Source: Candidatus Ryanbacteria bacterium (lineage in GTDB: Bacteria > Patescibacteriota > Minisyncoccia > Ryanbacterales > GWA2-47-10b). From it: a stretch of DNA of 61,836 nucleotides. Under the pieces are notes generated by a model that worked only from the letters and a program-made list of their open reading frames with translations, did no database searches and was not told the origin of the DNA. Below, piece after piece: positions 42,096 to 51,700 of this stretch (position 1 is the stretch's first letter; each line of letters opens with the position of its first letter). The position numbers and the translations under genes are program-made. The DNA lies in the NCBI GenBank assembly GCA_009691385.1, contig SICQ01000001.1, positions 1-61,836 of the forward strand. Reading direction: 5' to 3'.

Positions 42096-43367
42096 CTATG
42101 GGCGCTTTTGCCAATAGTCTTCTTGACGCACCAAGAGACGATGCGAATCTTCTGAATGCAGCAAAAGTGCTTTGGTAACCTTTTCCATCCGCACGCCCTG
42201 TGATCCTTTGATCAAAACAGCGTCACCCTCGCGAACAAAATGCCCGAGAAAATCCGCCGCCTCGGCCGATTTTGCAAACCAATGAAACTCGGTGGCGTCT
42301 CCCGTATCCATAAACTTCGCGCGCACACCCACCCCTATCACCACATCAGCCACTTCTGCCGCGCGCTTGCCTATCATACGGTGCGCCTCAGGTGTGTATT
42401 TACCAAGCTCAAGCATATCGCCCAATGCCGCGATGCGGCGCAGGGCTGGCATCTTTGAAAGTGCCTCTAACGCGGCGAGTGCGGCGAGTGGCGAAGAGTT
42501 GTAGGTATCATCCAATATCAATGAATTGTTGCGACCATCGAGCAGGCGTAGGCGGCCGGGCGGATGTTCGTATTTGAGGAGTGCCTCGCTGATCTCGATC
42601 AGATTGAGGTCTTGAGCAAGACCGACAGCGGCCGCCGCCAAAAACGCGTAGATACTCTGCTCGCCTACGACACCCGGTACGCGGATAGGCATCGTCTTGC
42701 CCTGATAATCAATCTTAAATGTCATGCCATCGGGTCGTCCTTTTTTGAGACTCATGCGGACATTGGAGGCCTTGACCTCCGCTTGGCGCGAAAAACCATA
42801 GGTGATCACTTTGCCTTTGGTATCTTTACGCATGGCAAAGACGCGCGGGTCATCAGCGTTGATGATAGCCGTCCCCTGCTCACTGAGCGCTCCTATGAGC
42901 TTTGCTTTTTCTGTGGCTACGGCATCAGGTCCATCAAAAAATTCAACATGTACAGGCATGTCGCCAATCATCGTCACCACACCAATGTCGGGTTTGAGCC
43001 ACGGGAGCACCTTATCAAAATCACCCGGCCGATCTACTCCCATCTCGAGCACCAAGAGCTCAGGATACTCATCGCGCGAGATAACACGCAATGTGCCTTT
43101 TATAATATTTTTTAGCCAACCCAAAGGTGAATTCCATGCGCTCTCTAAACCCAAAATGGTCAGTGGTAAACCAAGCTCGCTATTGTAGCTTTTGGGGCTT
43201 TTACGCGTCCTAAAATGTTCAGCTAAAACGGCGGCGATTGCTTCTTTGGCGGATGTTTTACCAACACTGCCCGTCACACCAATGATGATGGGTTTATGTC
43301 GACGAATAATGAGCGCGGCTTGGGCGCGTAATATCCAGAGAACGATGAGGCGCAATACTTGTATCAT
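42096..43367 (-). CDS. murF: UDP-N-acetylmuramoyl-tripeptide--D-alanyl-D-alanine ligase
   Basis: GVTGSVGKTSAKE P-loop and Mur ligase middle and C-terminal domains. ATGA overlap with ftsI. Confidence 0.9.
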   Translation of the reverse strand: MIQVLRLIVLWILRAQAALIIRRHKPIIIGVTGSVGKTSAKEAIAAVLAEHFRTRKSPKSYNSELGLPLTILGLESAWNSPLGWLKNIIKGTLRVISRDEYPELLVLEMGVDRPGDFDKVLPWLKPDIGVVTMIGDMPVHVEFFDGPDAVATEKAKLIGALSEQGTAIINADDPRVFAMRKDTKGKVITYGFSRQAEVKASNVRMSLKKGRPDGMTFKIDYQGKTMPIRVPGVVGEQSIYAFLAAAAVGLAQDLNLIEISEALLKYEHPPGRLRLLDGRNNSLILDDTYNSSPLAALAALEALSKMPALRRIAALGDMLELGKYTPEAHRMIGKRAAEVADVVIGVGVRAKFMDTGDATEFHWFAKSAEAADFLGHFVREGDAVLIKGSQGVRMEKVTKALLLHSEDSHRLLVRQEDYWQKRP

Positions 43368-45091
43368 GGTGTTTTTGCTTCGAGTTCGTGTGGTCTGTCA
43401 GGGATAATCTCAAAGTATGAAAAAAGATGCTTCATCGTAGCGCGAAATGGTTGCGTGAGCGACTCTGACGCATACCGAATACCTTGGGGGCGCTCAATAT
43501 ATAAAAATACCAAAAACTGTGGATCGTAGGCGGGACCGTATCCAAAAAAAGTATGCATGAATTCACCGGAATATCCGCGCGAGTTTTTTGATGCAATCTG
43601 TGCGGTACCTGTTTTTGCGGCCACCGAATATCCAGGGATCTTGCCCTTGCCGTTTGCGAGTTTCAAATCAACCACTTCTACCAACATACGAGTTACCATT
43701 TTTGATGTTTCTTCTTTGAGGACACGGCGTGGCTCACTGCGCTTTTTCTCGACCTTACTGCCTTGCTCGTCGCGTACCTCCTCTATAAGGTAAGGATCAA
43801 CTAAAAATCCTCCGTTGGCAATACTAGAGAGTGCCCGCACAAGCTCTACGCCCGTCATGGAAATACCTTGCCCAAATGACGCGGTCGCGAACTCGATCAA
43901 TCGTGAGCTATCAAGATTATTGAGTTTGCCCGTCGCCTCACCTGGTACATCGATACCCGTCTTCTCGCTCAGGCCAAACTTGTACATATAATCACGAAAG
44001 CGATCCTTACCAAGCTGCTCCATAACAAATACCGTACCAATGTTGAGTGATTGTGAAAGTATCTCTTGGATGGGGACTACGCCACGCGCCTTACCATCAA
44101 AATTTGCGATTGTTCTACCATCAATCGTACGCGTGCCCGTATCTTTGTATGTCGTTTTGAGCGTGACGGCTTCTGCGTCGAGTGCGGCGGCAAGTGTGAG
44201 CGGCTTTACTACCGAGCCCATCTCAAATAAATCTTCAACAAGTGGATTTTTAAACACTGCGATATCTTCCACGCCTGAATATATATTTGGATCAAATGAC
44301 GGAACGGATGCCATAGCGATGATACGACCCGTCTTTGGATTCATGATAATACCGCCAGCTGATGAGGCGTGATACTGTGTCTGTAAATCTTTGAGAACAC
44401 TTTCCAAATTTGTCTGCACACCCGTATCAAGCGTAGCTACCAATGACGCACCGTGCTCAGCGGGAGTTAAACTTGCATTACCAAACCATAAGAGTTTGCC
44501 GCTTGATGTTTTCTCCCCCACAAACACGCCATCTCTACCAAACAGATCTTCGTTGTAAAATCGTTCGAGCCCGTACTGCCCTGTACCATCGGCGCCCACA
44601 AACCCTATAACTTGTGATGCAAAATCAGCAGCTGGATAAAAACGCCAACGCTCGGGAGAAAATGCGATCCCCGTCAGCTTTGCTGACTCAATCGCGCGCT
44701 TTACCGATGGTGATATGCGATGTTCGATAATTTCATACGGATCGTCGCTCTTGCTTGCTCGCTCGATAAACTCATCTCTTGGCATAGTGGTACTCGCAAT
44801 ACGGGATAGATCTTCGTAGAGTTTTACCGGATCTTCAATAAGTTTTGGATTGATGTGCATCAACCATCCTTCTTTGGTAGTCGCCACCGGTACGAGCGCA
44901 TCTTTCTCATGGGCTAGAATCTCGCCTCGATGTGCTTCAAACTTTTCTGACACCGCCTGCTGACGTGAAGCCTGCTCGCGATATTCGGCTCCGCGTACTA
45001 CCTGCAACCAACCGATGCGTAATAGCACGACGAGCAAAAGCCCCCCCACAAAGAGCGTGAGATGGGTAGTGCGTTTCAAAAACGCATTCAT
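43364..45091 (-). CDS. ftsI: class B penicillin-binding protein (FtsI-type transpeptidase)
   Basis: N-terminal anchor, SxxK (SVVKP), SxN (SLN) and KTG (KTGTA) motifs. It sits in the ftsL-ftsI-murF position. Confidence 0.85.
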   Translation of the reverse strand: MNAFLKRTTHLTLFVGGLLLVVLLRIGWLQVVRGAEYREQASRQQAVSEKFEAHRGEILAHEKDALVPVATTKEGWLMHINPKLIEDPVKLYEDLSRIASTTMPRDEFIERASKSDDPYEIIEHRISPSVKRAIESAKLTGIAFSPERWRFYPAADFASQVIGFVGADGTGQYGLERFYNEDLFGRDGVFVGEKTSSGKLLWFGNASLTPAEHGASLVATLDTGVQTNLESVLKDLQTQYHASSAGGIIMNPKTGRIIAMASVPSFDPNIYSGVEDIAVFKNPLVEDLFEMGSVVKPLTLAAALDAEAVTLKTTYKDTGTRTIDGRTIANFDGKARGVVPIQEILSQSLNIGTVFVMEQLGKDRFRDYMYKFGLSEKTGIDVPGEATGKLNNLDSSRLIEFATASFGQGISMTGVELVRALSSIANGGFLVDPYLIEEVRDEQGSKVEKKRSEPRRVLKEETSKMVTRMLVEVVDLKLANGKGKIPGYSVAAKTGTAQIASKNSRGYSGEFMHTFFGYGPAYDPQFLVFLYIERPQGIRYASESLTQPFRATMKHLFSYFEIIPDRPHELEAKTP

Positions 45092-45094
45092 AGA

Positions 45095-45367
45095 TTATCG
45101 CGCAAAACCGACCGCAGTCTGTGGGCGAATATAGCGAGGACTCTCGAGCGCTACAAAACCTTGGGCGCGAGCCTGTGGCTCAAGCTCTTCGAGCGCGAGA
45201 CGCAAATATGATGATTTGATTTCCGTATATTGGTCATCAAGCTCAGAAAGATGCGCGCGCACGCGGCGTACATCATGACTCTCGGTATAGGTAGCATTGG
45301 CAAACACAAGCGAAGTGATGCTCGAAGCAATACCTACGAATAGTAAAAAGAATACCGCGCGCTTCAT
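45095..45367 (-). CDS. ftsL: FtsL-like small bitopic division protein
   Basis: About 90 aa with one TM helix (AVFFLLFVGIASSITSLVF) followed by a helical region. The call rests on the position between rsmH and ftsI. ATGA overlap with the rsmH stop. Confidence 0.55.
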   Translation of the reverse strand: MKRAVFFLLFVGIASSITSLVFANATYTESHDVRRVRAHLSELDDQYTEIKSSYLRLALEELEPQARAQGFVALESPRYIRPQTAVGFAR

Positions 45368-46221
45368 AGTGATTTCTCCCATGCGCGGAGTACTGCGGAG
45401 CGTGAGCGTGTATTTTCAAGATATTCAGCCCGTGTCGCGCGGATTGCTTTTTTGGTCAGCATCACGCCACCCTCGGTATTGCGCATCGCCTGCTTTACAA
45501 TGCGGTCTTCGAGCGAATGAAATGCGATAGCTACTACCCTGCCGCCCGGTGAGACAAGTCTGAGTGCGGCTGCCAAGCCCTCTGCCACATTATCAAGCTC
45601 ACGATTAACCGCGATACGAAGAGCTTGGAAAACACGTGTCGCCGGATGCTTTGCACTTTTTGGCACGATACGGCCAATGACGGAGACAAGACGCTCGGTT
45701 GTCAAAATTCGTCCATTTTTACGCTCGTCTACAATAGCCTCGGCGATTTTGCGAGCTCTACGCTCTTCCCCGTAAGTACGAAAAATATCTTCGAGCTCGT
45801 GCGCAGTCGATTGATTGATGATATGTGCCGCTGATGTAGCGTTTAAAGGATCAAAACGCATATCGAGCACTTCGTCTTTTTGAAATGAAAATCCCCTGCC
45901 TGATGCGTCAATATGCCACGAGTTCATGCCAAAATCAAAAAGCACGCCGTCAACGCGATCTAATGTGTGTGATGTTGCAAGCTGTTCCATGGTGATATAT
46001 GAAGCGTTTTCAATGATGAGATGTTTAATATGTTCTTCTTTTATTTTTTCAGCAAGCTCGGGATCTTGTTCGATGCCGAGTACCGTACCCTCGTATCCGA
46101 TCTTTTCGAGTATCGCGCGCGTATGGCCTCCTGCCCCCAGCGTCGCGTCGATATAGGTTCCTCCGCGCTTCGGCTGCAAATATTCCATCACTTCGTCTAC
46201 CAGTACGGGTTTGTGAATCAT
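45364..46221 (-). CDS. rsmH: 16S rRNA (cytosine1402-N4)-methyltransferase
   Basis: HKPVLVDEVMEYL, DATLGAGGH, LFDFGMNSWHID and FHSLEDRIVK motifs. Confidence 0.9.
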   Translation of the reverse strand: MIHKPVLVDEVMEYLQPKRGGTYIDATLGAGGHTRAILEKIGYEGTVLGIEQDPELAEKIKEEHIKHLIIENASYITMEQLATSHTLDRVDGVLFDFGMNSWHIDASGRGFSFQKDEVLDMRFDPLNATSAAHIINQSTAHELEDIFRTYGEERRARKIAEAIVDERKNGRILTTERLVSVIGRIVPKSAKHPATRVFQALRIAVNRELDNVAEGLAAALRLVSPGGRVVAIAFHSLEDRIVKQAMRNTEGGVMLTKKAIRATRAEYLENTRSRSAVLRAWEKSL

Positions 46222-46656
46222 TTAATACATCCCTAGCTCTCCCAAGCGTTCGGCTAATCTATCAGCGTTGTCTTGCGTATGTTTGCGTACATCTGCCCAA
46301 CGATCGGGCGACCATACTTCGATTCGATCAAATACTCCTACCACAACTGCTTTTGATCCAAGCTCTGCGTATTCTTTAAGTGTGTCAGGCACTAGTATGC
46401 GCCCAAGATTATCGAGCTCTGATTCGGCTGCACCCGAGAGCATAAAGCGGACAAAGTTTCGTGTGTCTGCCTGCCCGAGCGGCAAGTGCGAAAGTTTCTC
46501 GGCCATCGCCTCCCATGTTTTGGTTGGGAAGAGAAAGAGACAATGATCGGGCCCTTTTGTCACGACGGCTTCTTTACCAAGTTCTTTGCGCAAACGCGTG
46601 GGTATCGAAAGACGCCTTTTCTGATCTATCGTGTGTACGTATTCGCCTAAAAACAT
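46222..46656 (-). CDS. mraZ: transcriptional regulator MraZ
   Basis: Two SpoVT/AbrB-like halves: FLGEYVHTIDQKRRLSIPTRLR and LDNLGRILVPDTL. Confidence 0.9.
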   Translation of the reverse strand: MFLGEYVHTIDQKRRLSIPTRLRKELGKEAVVTKGPDHCLFLFPTKTWEAMAEKLSHLPLGQADTRNFVRFMLSGAAESELDNLGRILVPDTLKEYAELGSKAVVVGVFDRIEVWSPDRWADVRKHTQDNADRLAERLGELGMY

Positions 46657-46680
46657 TGGTATAGAATATCCATCAAATTA

Positions 46681-46740
46681 CCCACTTCTTCCCACCTTTC
46701 TACCACTATATATTCAATATACACCACTAACCTATCCACC
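46681..46740 (-). promoter_or_regulatory. array of five GTGG(G/T) boxes upstream of mraZ (putative MraZ operator)
   Basis: The plus strand shows CCCAC at 46681 and 46691, and CCAC at 46703, 46724 and 46736. Spacings are 10, 11, 21 and 12 nt. The array lies 25-85 nt upstream of the mraZ ATG. Confidence 0.5.
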
Positions 46741-46786
46741 TACAACACTTTCGTGAAAAGAATCTAAAATCCTTGTGGATAAAAGC

Positions 46787-46810
46787 AAAATGCCCCCTCG
46801 GGGGCATTTT
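46787..46810 (-). terminator. rho-independent terminator of lysK
   Basis: AAAATGCCCCC-TC-GGGGGCATTTT palindrome. On the minus strand it is followed by TTTTGCTTTT. Confidence 0.75.
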
Positions 46811-46839
46811 GTGCACAGTTTATCAACCGTGAAAATAGA

Positions 46840-48408
46840 CTAGCTTACCTCTTTGAGACGGGCTATGAGAAAATCTCTATCGATAGTCGACAAAAACCAG
46901 CCTGCTTGGGGTCCTGAATCTCGGCCCAAAAATGCGATATAGAGCGCGCTAAACAACTCTTTTGGCGCGATACCGATCTGCTCTTTGATTTCATGTAATT
47001 TTGCATGAAAATCTGCGCCTATCAAAGATTTATTTTGCTCAACGAAAGTAAGTACTGACCTTAATGCCTTTTTTTGTGTATCGGAAAAGTCTTTAACACC
47101 ATCAGGGATAGCATCTTTGGCGAGAACAAAACGATATTTATCAGGCGCATATCGTTCGAGCCAGCGACGAGCATAAACGATTCGCTCCTGAAGCTCCTTT
47201 TTTTCCTCTGCCGTCAAAACACTCTCTTTAAGTCCTTTGAATTCTTCTTCAATATTCAAATGCTGCATTTGGGCCACAAAAGTCACGGTTGAAAAGCGAG
47301 GGTAATATATTTTTTGAGGTGGCGCGCCATGATATAAAACCTCAAATAAACGAGCTTCATTGTCATCGGTCTTATCCCAATAAGCACTCGCTATTCTATC
47401 GTGCCAATCATAGAGGAGCGCTAACAGCTCACCGCTTGGATCAATCGATACTTGTACTGCCGGCTCTTTACCGATGAGGGCGAGGCGAAGGATGGTTGGC
47501 GAAAAATTATCGGCGATTTCGCGCGATGAAGCGCCCCTACCGGCGGAGGAAGACATTTTTTTGCCATTTCTATCTAAAAAGAATTCGTACGGAATATCGT
47601 AGGGTGACTCGATGCCAAACACTTCGCGTGCGATTGTGTCTGACACTTCGCGTGCGCCTCCTTTGGTTGAGTGATCTTTGCCAGCACCTTCTATATCAAC
47701 GCCTACCACCTTCCATTTTGCAGGCCACTCAACCTTCCATGGCAATTTTGCAGCGCCATCCCACGGAGCCACGGAGCCTTTATGCTGACATCCTACAGAG
47801 CCACCGGGACCCTTGGTGCATATATAACTCACCTTCTCACCATCCCAGTTATGCGCTTCGGTGGTACCAATCTTGCCACACTGTTCACATAATACAGAGA
47901 TCGGTAGCCAATCTGATTTTTTTACTGAACCCGAGACTTCTTTATAAATAGCTCGAATGCGATCAGCTGCATCGAGAGCATCGCGTATAACACCGTTCAT
48001 CTTGCCACTCGTATAGAGCTCGCTCGAATGGTAATACTCAGGCTTAAATCCCGCCTCCGCGATAACACCCTTGAATTCGTCAGCGTAATATTCTGCAAAA
48101 TTTTTTGCCTTACCATCAGGAGACGGTACGCGACAAAGCGGCTTACCTAAATGCTCAGCCCATACATCAGAATCAAGTTCTGATGGGATGCCGTCCATTG
48201 GGTCAAAATCATTAATTTCATAAAGAAAGGTCGCGAGCACACCATCAGCCGCAAGAACCTCAGCCATGGTGCCATGTATCGCGACACCTCGCATAGAACC
48301 GATATGGACACGCCCTGAAGCAGTCTTTTCGTCACGTACAATGAGTGGACTTGTGCGCTTACCGAAGCGCTTTTTTATTTCTTCAGCGTGCCTATCTGCC
48401 CAAAACAT
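46840..48408 (-). CDS. lysK: lysyl-tRNA synthetase, class I
   Basis: Rossmann-type HIGH region (SGRVHIGSMRG), a KMSKS-type loop (GKKMSSSAGRG) and a Cys cluster CEQCGK. About 520 aa, as for class I LysRS. No class II motifs. Confidence 0.85.
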   Translation of the reverse strand: MFWADRHAEEIKKRFGKRTSPLIVRDEKTASGRVHIGSMRGVAIHGTMAEVLAADGVLATFLYEINDFDPMDGIPSELDSDVWAEHLGKPLCRVPSPDGKAKNFAEYYADEFKGVIAEAGFKPEYYHSSELYTSGKMNGVIRDALDAADRIRAIYKEVSGSVKKSDWLPISVLCEQCGKIGTTEAHNWDGEKVSYICTKGPGGSVGCQHKGSVAPWDGAAKLPWKVEWPAKWKVVGVDIEGAGKDHSTKGGAREVSDTIAREVFGIESPYDIPYEFFLDRNGKKMSSSAGRGASSREIADNFSPTILRLALIGKEPAVQVSIDPSGELLALLYDWHDRIASAYWDKTDDNEARLFEVLYHGAPPQKIYYPRFSTVTFVAQMQHLNIEEEFKGLKESVLTAEEKKELQERIVYARRWLERYAPDKYRFVLAKDAIPDGVKDFSDTQKKALRSVLTFVEQNKSLIGADFHAKLHEIKEQIGIAPKELFSALYIAFLGRDSGPQAGWFLSTIDRDFLIARLKEVS

Positions 48409-48419
48409 CTTGCCAGACG

Positions 48420-48890
48420 CTAGGCAATTTCGATAATAGAATATTCGATCTGGCCGCGAGGAGTGGAGACGAGCACCTTTTCATTTTTGCGCTTGCCCAA
48501 AAATGCCTTGCCGAGTGGTGATTCGTTTGAAACTTTACCTTTGAGAGGATTGGCTTCTTCACGGCCTACGATCATAAACTGTTCGTCACCATTGCCGATC
48601 TTGCGGCATTTTACATTTGAACCGAGACGAATCTCTGAAGAATCGGTGTTTGAAATGACTGACGCGCGTGACAAAATATCTTCGAGTTTTGCTACCTCGG
48701 CTTCGTTTACCATTTGTTCTTCTTTTGCCTCCGAATATTCGGCGTTTTCCGAAAGATCACCAAGACTCTTTGCGAACTCGAGACGCTCTGCAATCTGAAC
48801 ACGACGAGTCGTCTTGAGATTTTTAAGTCGCTTTTCGAGGTCTTCGAGTCCTTCGGGTGAAAGATATTCGCGGTCGTCTGAAAGTGTCAT
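48420..48890 (-). CDS. greA: transcription elongation factor GreA
   Basis: The coiled-coil N-terminus carries GDLSENAEYSEAKEEQ, followed by the C-terminal globular domain. Confidence 0.9.
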   Translation of the reverse strand: MTLSDDREYLSPEGLEDLEKRLKNLKTTRRVQIAERLEFAKSLGDLSENAEYSEAKEEQMVNEAEVAKLEDILSRASVISNTDSSEIRLGSNVKCRKIGNGDEQFMIVGREEANPLKGKVSNESPLGKAFLGKRKNEKVLVSTPRGQIEYSIIEIA

Positions 48891-48949
48891 AGTATGTTGT
48901 TTTTACTCTAGCTATAAGGGTTTTATTGTAAAAGACCAAAGGCGCTCTG

Positions 48950-50665
48950 TCAACGCAAAATACCCTCGACTCCTCCATGGTCCATAATCCAGCGAAATAC
49001 CTCGGAAGTAGCAAAAGGAGCCCCCACAAGGTTGGCGCGGGGTCCTGACTCTAAAAAGAGCACAATGCCAATCTGGGGGTCATCTGCGGGAGCGTACCCG
49101 ATAAACCATGAGTGCACACGATCTTTCCTACTCCCTACCTCTGCCGTACCCGTCTTGCCCGCGATAGGCGTTTGGACCCAAGAAACGGCCGCGGCAGTGC
49201 CCCCATCGGCAACTGCCGAGCGCATACCCTCGCGAATCGCCTTAAGGTGCTGCGCCTCAAATGAAAGCTTTTCAAACTGTTCAGGTGGTTTTGCAGCATT
49301 TTCGGCTATATGGAGCTCGGTGAGCATGCCGCCCGTAGCAATAGCTGAGAGGGCGCGCGCCGCCTCGAGCGGTGTCACGAGCACATCGCCTTGTCCGATA
49401 CTCGCGTGATAGGTATCGCCAATACGCCAGATAGGATTTTCAGGATGCAATGTTTTTTTGGATTCGGGGTCGGGCAAAAAGCCAACCCTCTCGCCATCAA
49501 GATCAATGCCTGTCGTTTTACCAAACCCAAATTTCTCAAGCCACAATTTAATGCGCGCGATACCGAGTCCTTTGACATCGCCGAACCCTCCGCCAACGGT
49601 ATAAAAATACACATCAGATGAAACTGCGATAGCGCGGCGTAAGTCAACATAGCCATGTGCCTTCCAGTCAAGAAATCTACTCGGCTTACTCGGATCAAAA
49701 GGATTGGGTAGTTCCAGCACGCCCGAACTATAAATACTCTTGTGCTCATCGATCACGCCTTCTTCGAGTGCGGCCATTGCTACAAAAGGTTTGATAATAG
49801 AACCGGGTGCATAGGTACCAGAAAGAACACGATTGAAAAGTGGTGCTTGCTTGCTTGAGAAAATTTCTGCCGCCTCGTCTTTGGTAAGTCCGCGCGCGAA
49901 CGCGTTTGCATCATAGCTCGGTACGCTCACGAGCGACGCTACTGAACCATCTTTGACGGAGAATACAATACCTCCGCCGCCACGAAAACCGCGTTCGCGC
50001 ATCGTACGATCCAGTATTTCCCAGATCGCTTCTTGCAGTGGAGCGTTGATGGTTGTCTTAATATTCTCACCTTCATGCGGTTGCACGATAAGTCCACGCG
50101 ATACCGTAGAGCCAGAGGCATCAAGCTCCTGATCGCGTCTACCTGCCGTACCGCGCAACTTTGTATCATATCTACTCTCGAGCCCCGCCTTACCGATAGC
50201 AGAAACACCGATCGCGTCATGGCCTGCGTCTTTTTCTGCTTGTGAGGGTATGCCCGTGTACCCTACAAGATGACTAAACGCGTATGGATGGCGCATCGAA
50301 CGCCGATAGCGTATCTCGCCCTTGTCATCGGTATACGCTTCGTTGGTAGCGATGATGGCGCCGGCGCGGTCATAGATAACCCCTCGCGGCGGATCGATAT
50401 AGGTGGTCTCAATATAATTATGCTCGGAACGAGTAGTAAGCTCGTCTCCGCGTACCACCTGCAACCAAAAAGTCCGACCAAGCAAAAACACGCCGAATAG
50501 CATTAAGAGGGCACTAAACGAGAAAAAAGCGCCCTTGCCAATCGGCTTTTCGATCAGACCTTCAAAGCGTTCTCGTGAAAACCCCGGAATCTCGTGGGCA
50601 TCGAGGAACACTTCATCGGGCGTGAGATGATCATGCGAACGGATTTTTTTCTTCAGCCAACGCAT
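48950..50665 (-). CDS. mrdA: class B penicillin-binding protein 2 (elongasome transpeptidase)
   Basis: SxxK (SIIKP), SSD and KTGTAE motifs. It follows mreBCD. Confidence 0.85.
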   Translation of the reverse strand: MRWLKKKIRSHDHLTPDEVFLDAHEIPGFSRERFEGLIEKPIGKGAFFSFSALLMLFGVFLLGRTFWLQVVRGDELTTRSEHNYIETTYIDPPRGVIYDRAGAIIATNEAYTDDKGEIRYRRSMRHPYAFSHLVGYTGIPSQAEKDAGHDAIGVSAIGKAGLESRYDTKLRGTAGRRDQELDASGSTVSRGLIVQPHEGENIKTTINAPLQEAIWEILDRTMRERGFRGGGGIVFSVKDGSVASLVSVPSYDANAFARGLTKDEAAEIFSSKQAPLFNRVLSGTYAPGSIIKPFVAMAALEEGVIDEHKSIYSSGVLELPNPFDPSKPSRFLDWKAHGYVDLRRAIAVSSDVYFYTVGGGFGDVKGLGIARIKLWLEKFGFGKTTGIDLDGERVGFLPDPESKKTLHPENPIWRIGDTYHASIGQGDVLVTPLEAARALSAIATGGMLTELHIAENAAKPPEQFEKLSFEAQHLKAIREGMRSAVADGGTAAAVSWVQTPIAGKTGTAEVGSRKDRVHSWFIGYAPADDPQIGIVLFLESGPRANLVGAPFATSEVFRWIMDHGGVEGILR

Positions 50666-51074
50666 ACATACCTACGGCATACGCCGCGCGTACTCCCATA
50701 ATAAGCGAAAAAACGAAAAGTCCCGCAAGAAACTGCCGTACAGCGAAAATGCCGCCTCGCACCAAAAATGCCTCGGTGATACTCCCCCGTTCAAAAACAA
50801 AGAGCGCGAGTACAAGCGAGACTTGCAGGATAATACCCGAGAGAAACACGATAACAATACTGACAAATGACGAAGTATCAAAAAAAATAATAAGCGCGCG
50901 CACAAAGAGCCATCCTACCAACAGCGCGCTGGCCTGCAATCCAAAAGAAAATGGCGAAAAAAACTCCGCGACCAAAAGCGCCGCCCCGACACTTGCCCAA
51001 AACACCCATCGCACACTCGGTGCTAACAGAGCGATAAAAGGAGTCACCAGCAACATATCAATGGCTGTGTTCAT
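50631..51074 (-). CDS. mreD: rod shape-determining protein MreD (by position)
   Basis: 147-aa polytopic membrane protein between mreC and PBP2, overlapping both. Confidence 0.55.
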   Translation of the reverse strand: MNTAIDMLLVTPFIALLAPSVRWVFWASVGAALLVAEFFSPFSFGLQASALLVGWLFVRALIIFFDTSSFVSIVIVFLSGIILQVSLVLALFVFERGSITEAFLVRGGIFAVRQFLAGLFVFSLIMGVRAAYAVGMYALAEEKNPFA

Positions 51075-51700
51075 AACAAATTTACTATTTCTTCCTGCGT
51101 CTCGACATACGAAAGCGTATAAATATTGACAGGACTTTGAACGATAACCGTGACAAAGGGATCCGATGGGCTATCAATAATATCTACAACAACGCCGATA
51201 CCAAGCGGAGTACCCTGGTCTTCAACGATCGCGTCACCCTTTTGCACATCAGTACCGCGCGGAAGACGCGCTTCGAGCAACAGAGCACCCTTGCCGTGGA
51301 GTTCGGCCGGCACACCCGAGCGTTGTATAGTGCCGTGCAATATAAACCCTGGCGCGGTTATCGCCTCTACTTTTGAAGCCATACTGCCTCTCGCGACCAC
51401 AACGCCGACAAGTGTGTCGCCTGACACGACCTTCGCGCCCTCGGCAACGCTGGCGCTGATAATAAAAGTATTTTGAAACTCATCAGCACGACGAGCGATG
51501 ATACGCACGACGCCTTCTGGAATCGTCACTCCACCTGATACCGCGTCTGAAAACGAACGCACTCCGAGCAAAAGCCCGCCTAACCCATCGAGTACGATGC
51601 GTTGCGCGGGTACCAAAATCTTTGTAAAAAGAGCGATCGTTGAGAAAAAGAGAATAACCGCAATAATGATGATGCGTACACTAACTGATCGCCGTTTCAT
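51071..51700 (-). CDS. mreC: rod shape-determining protein MreC
   Basis: N-terminal anchor plus beta-rich domains (TLVGVVVARGSMASKVEAIT...GTIQRSGVPAELHGKG). Immediately downstream of mreB. The ATG at 51700 is preferred. Confidence 0.7.
   Translation of the reverse strand: MKRRSVSVRIIIIAVILFFSTIALFTKILVPAQRIVLDGLGGLLLGVRSFSDAVSGGVTIPEGVVRIIARRADEFQNTFIISASVAEGAKVVSGDTLVGVVVARGSMASKVEAITAPGFILHGTIQRSGVPAELHGKGALLLEARLPRGTDVQKGDAIVEDQGTPLGIGVVVDIIDSPSDPFVTVIVQSPVNIYTLSYVETQEEIVNLL

Noticed and set aside
42564-43188. 183-aa and 128-aa plus-strand ORFs
   Set aside because: They are antisense to murF, whose Mur ligase motifs are intact.
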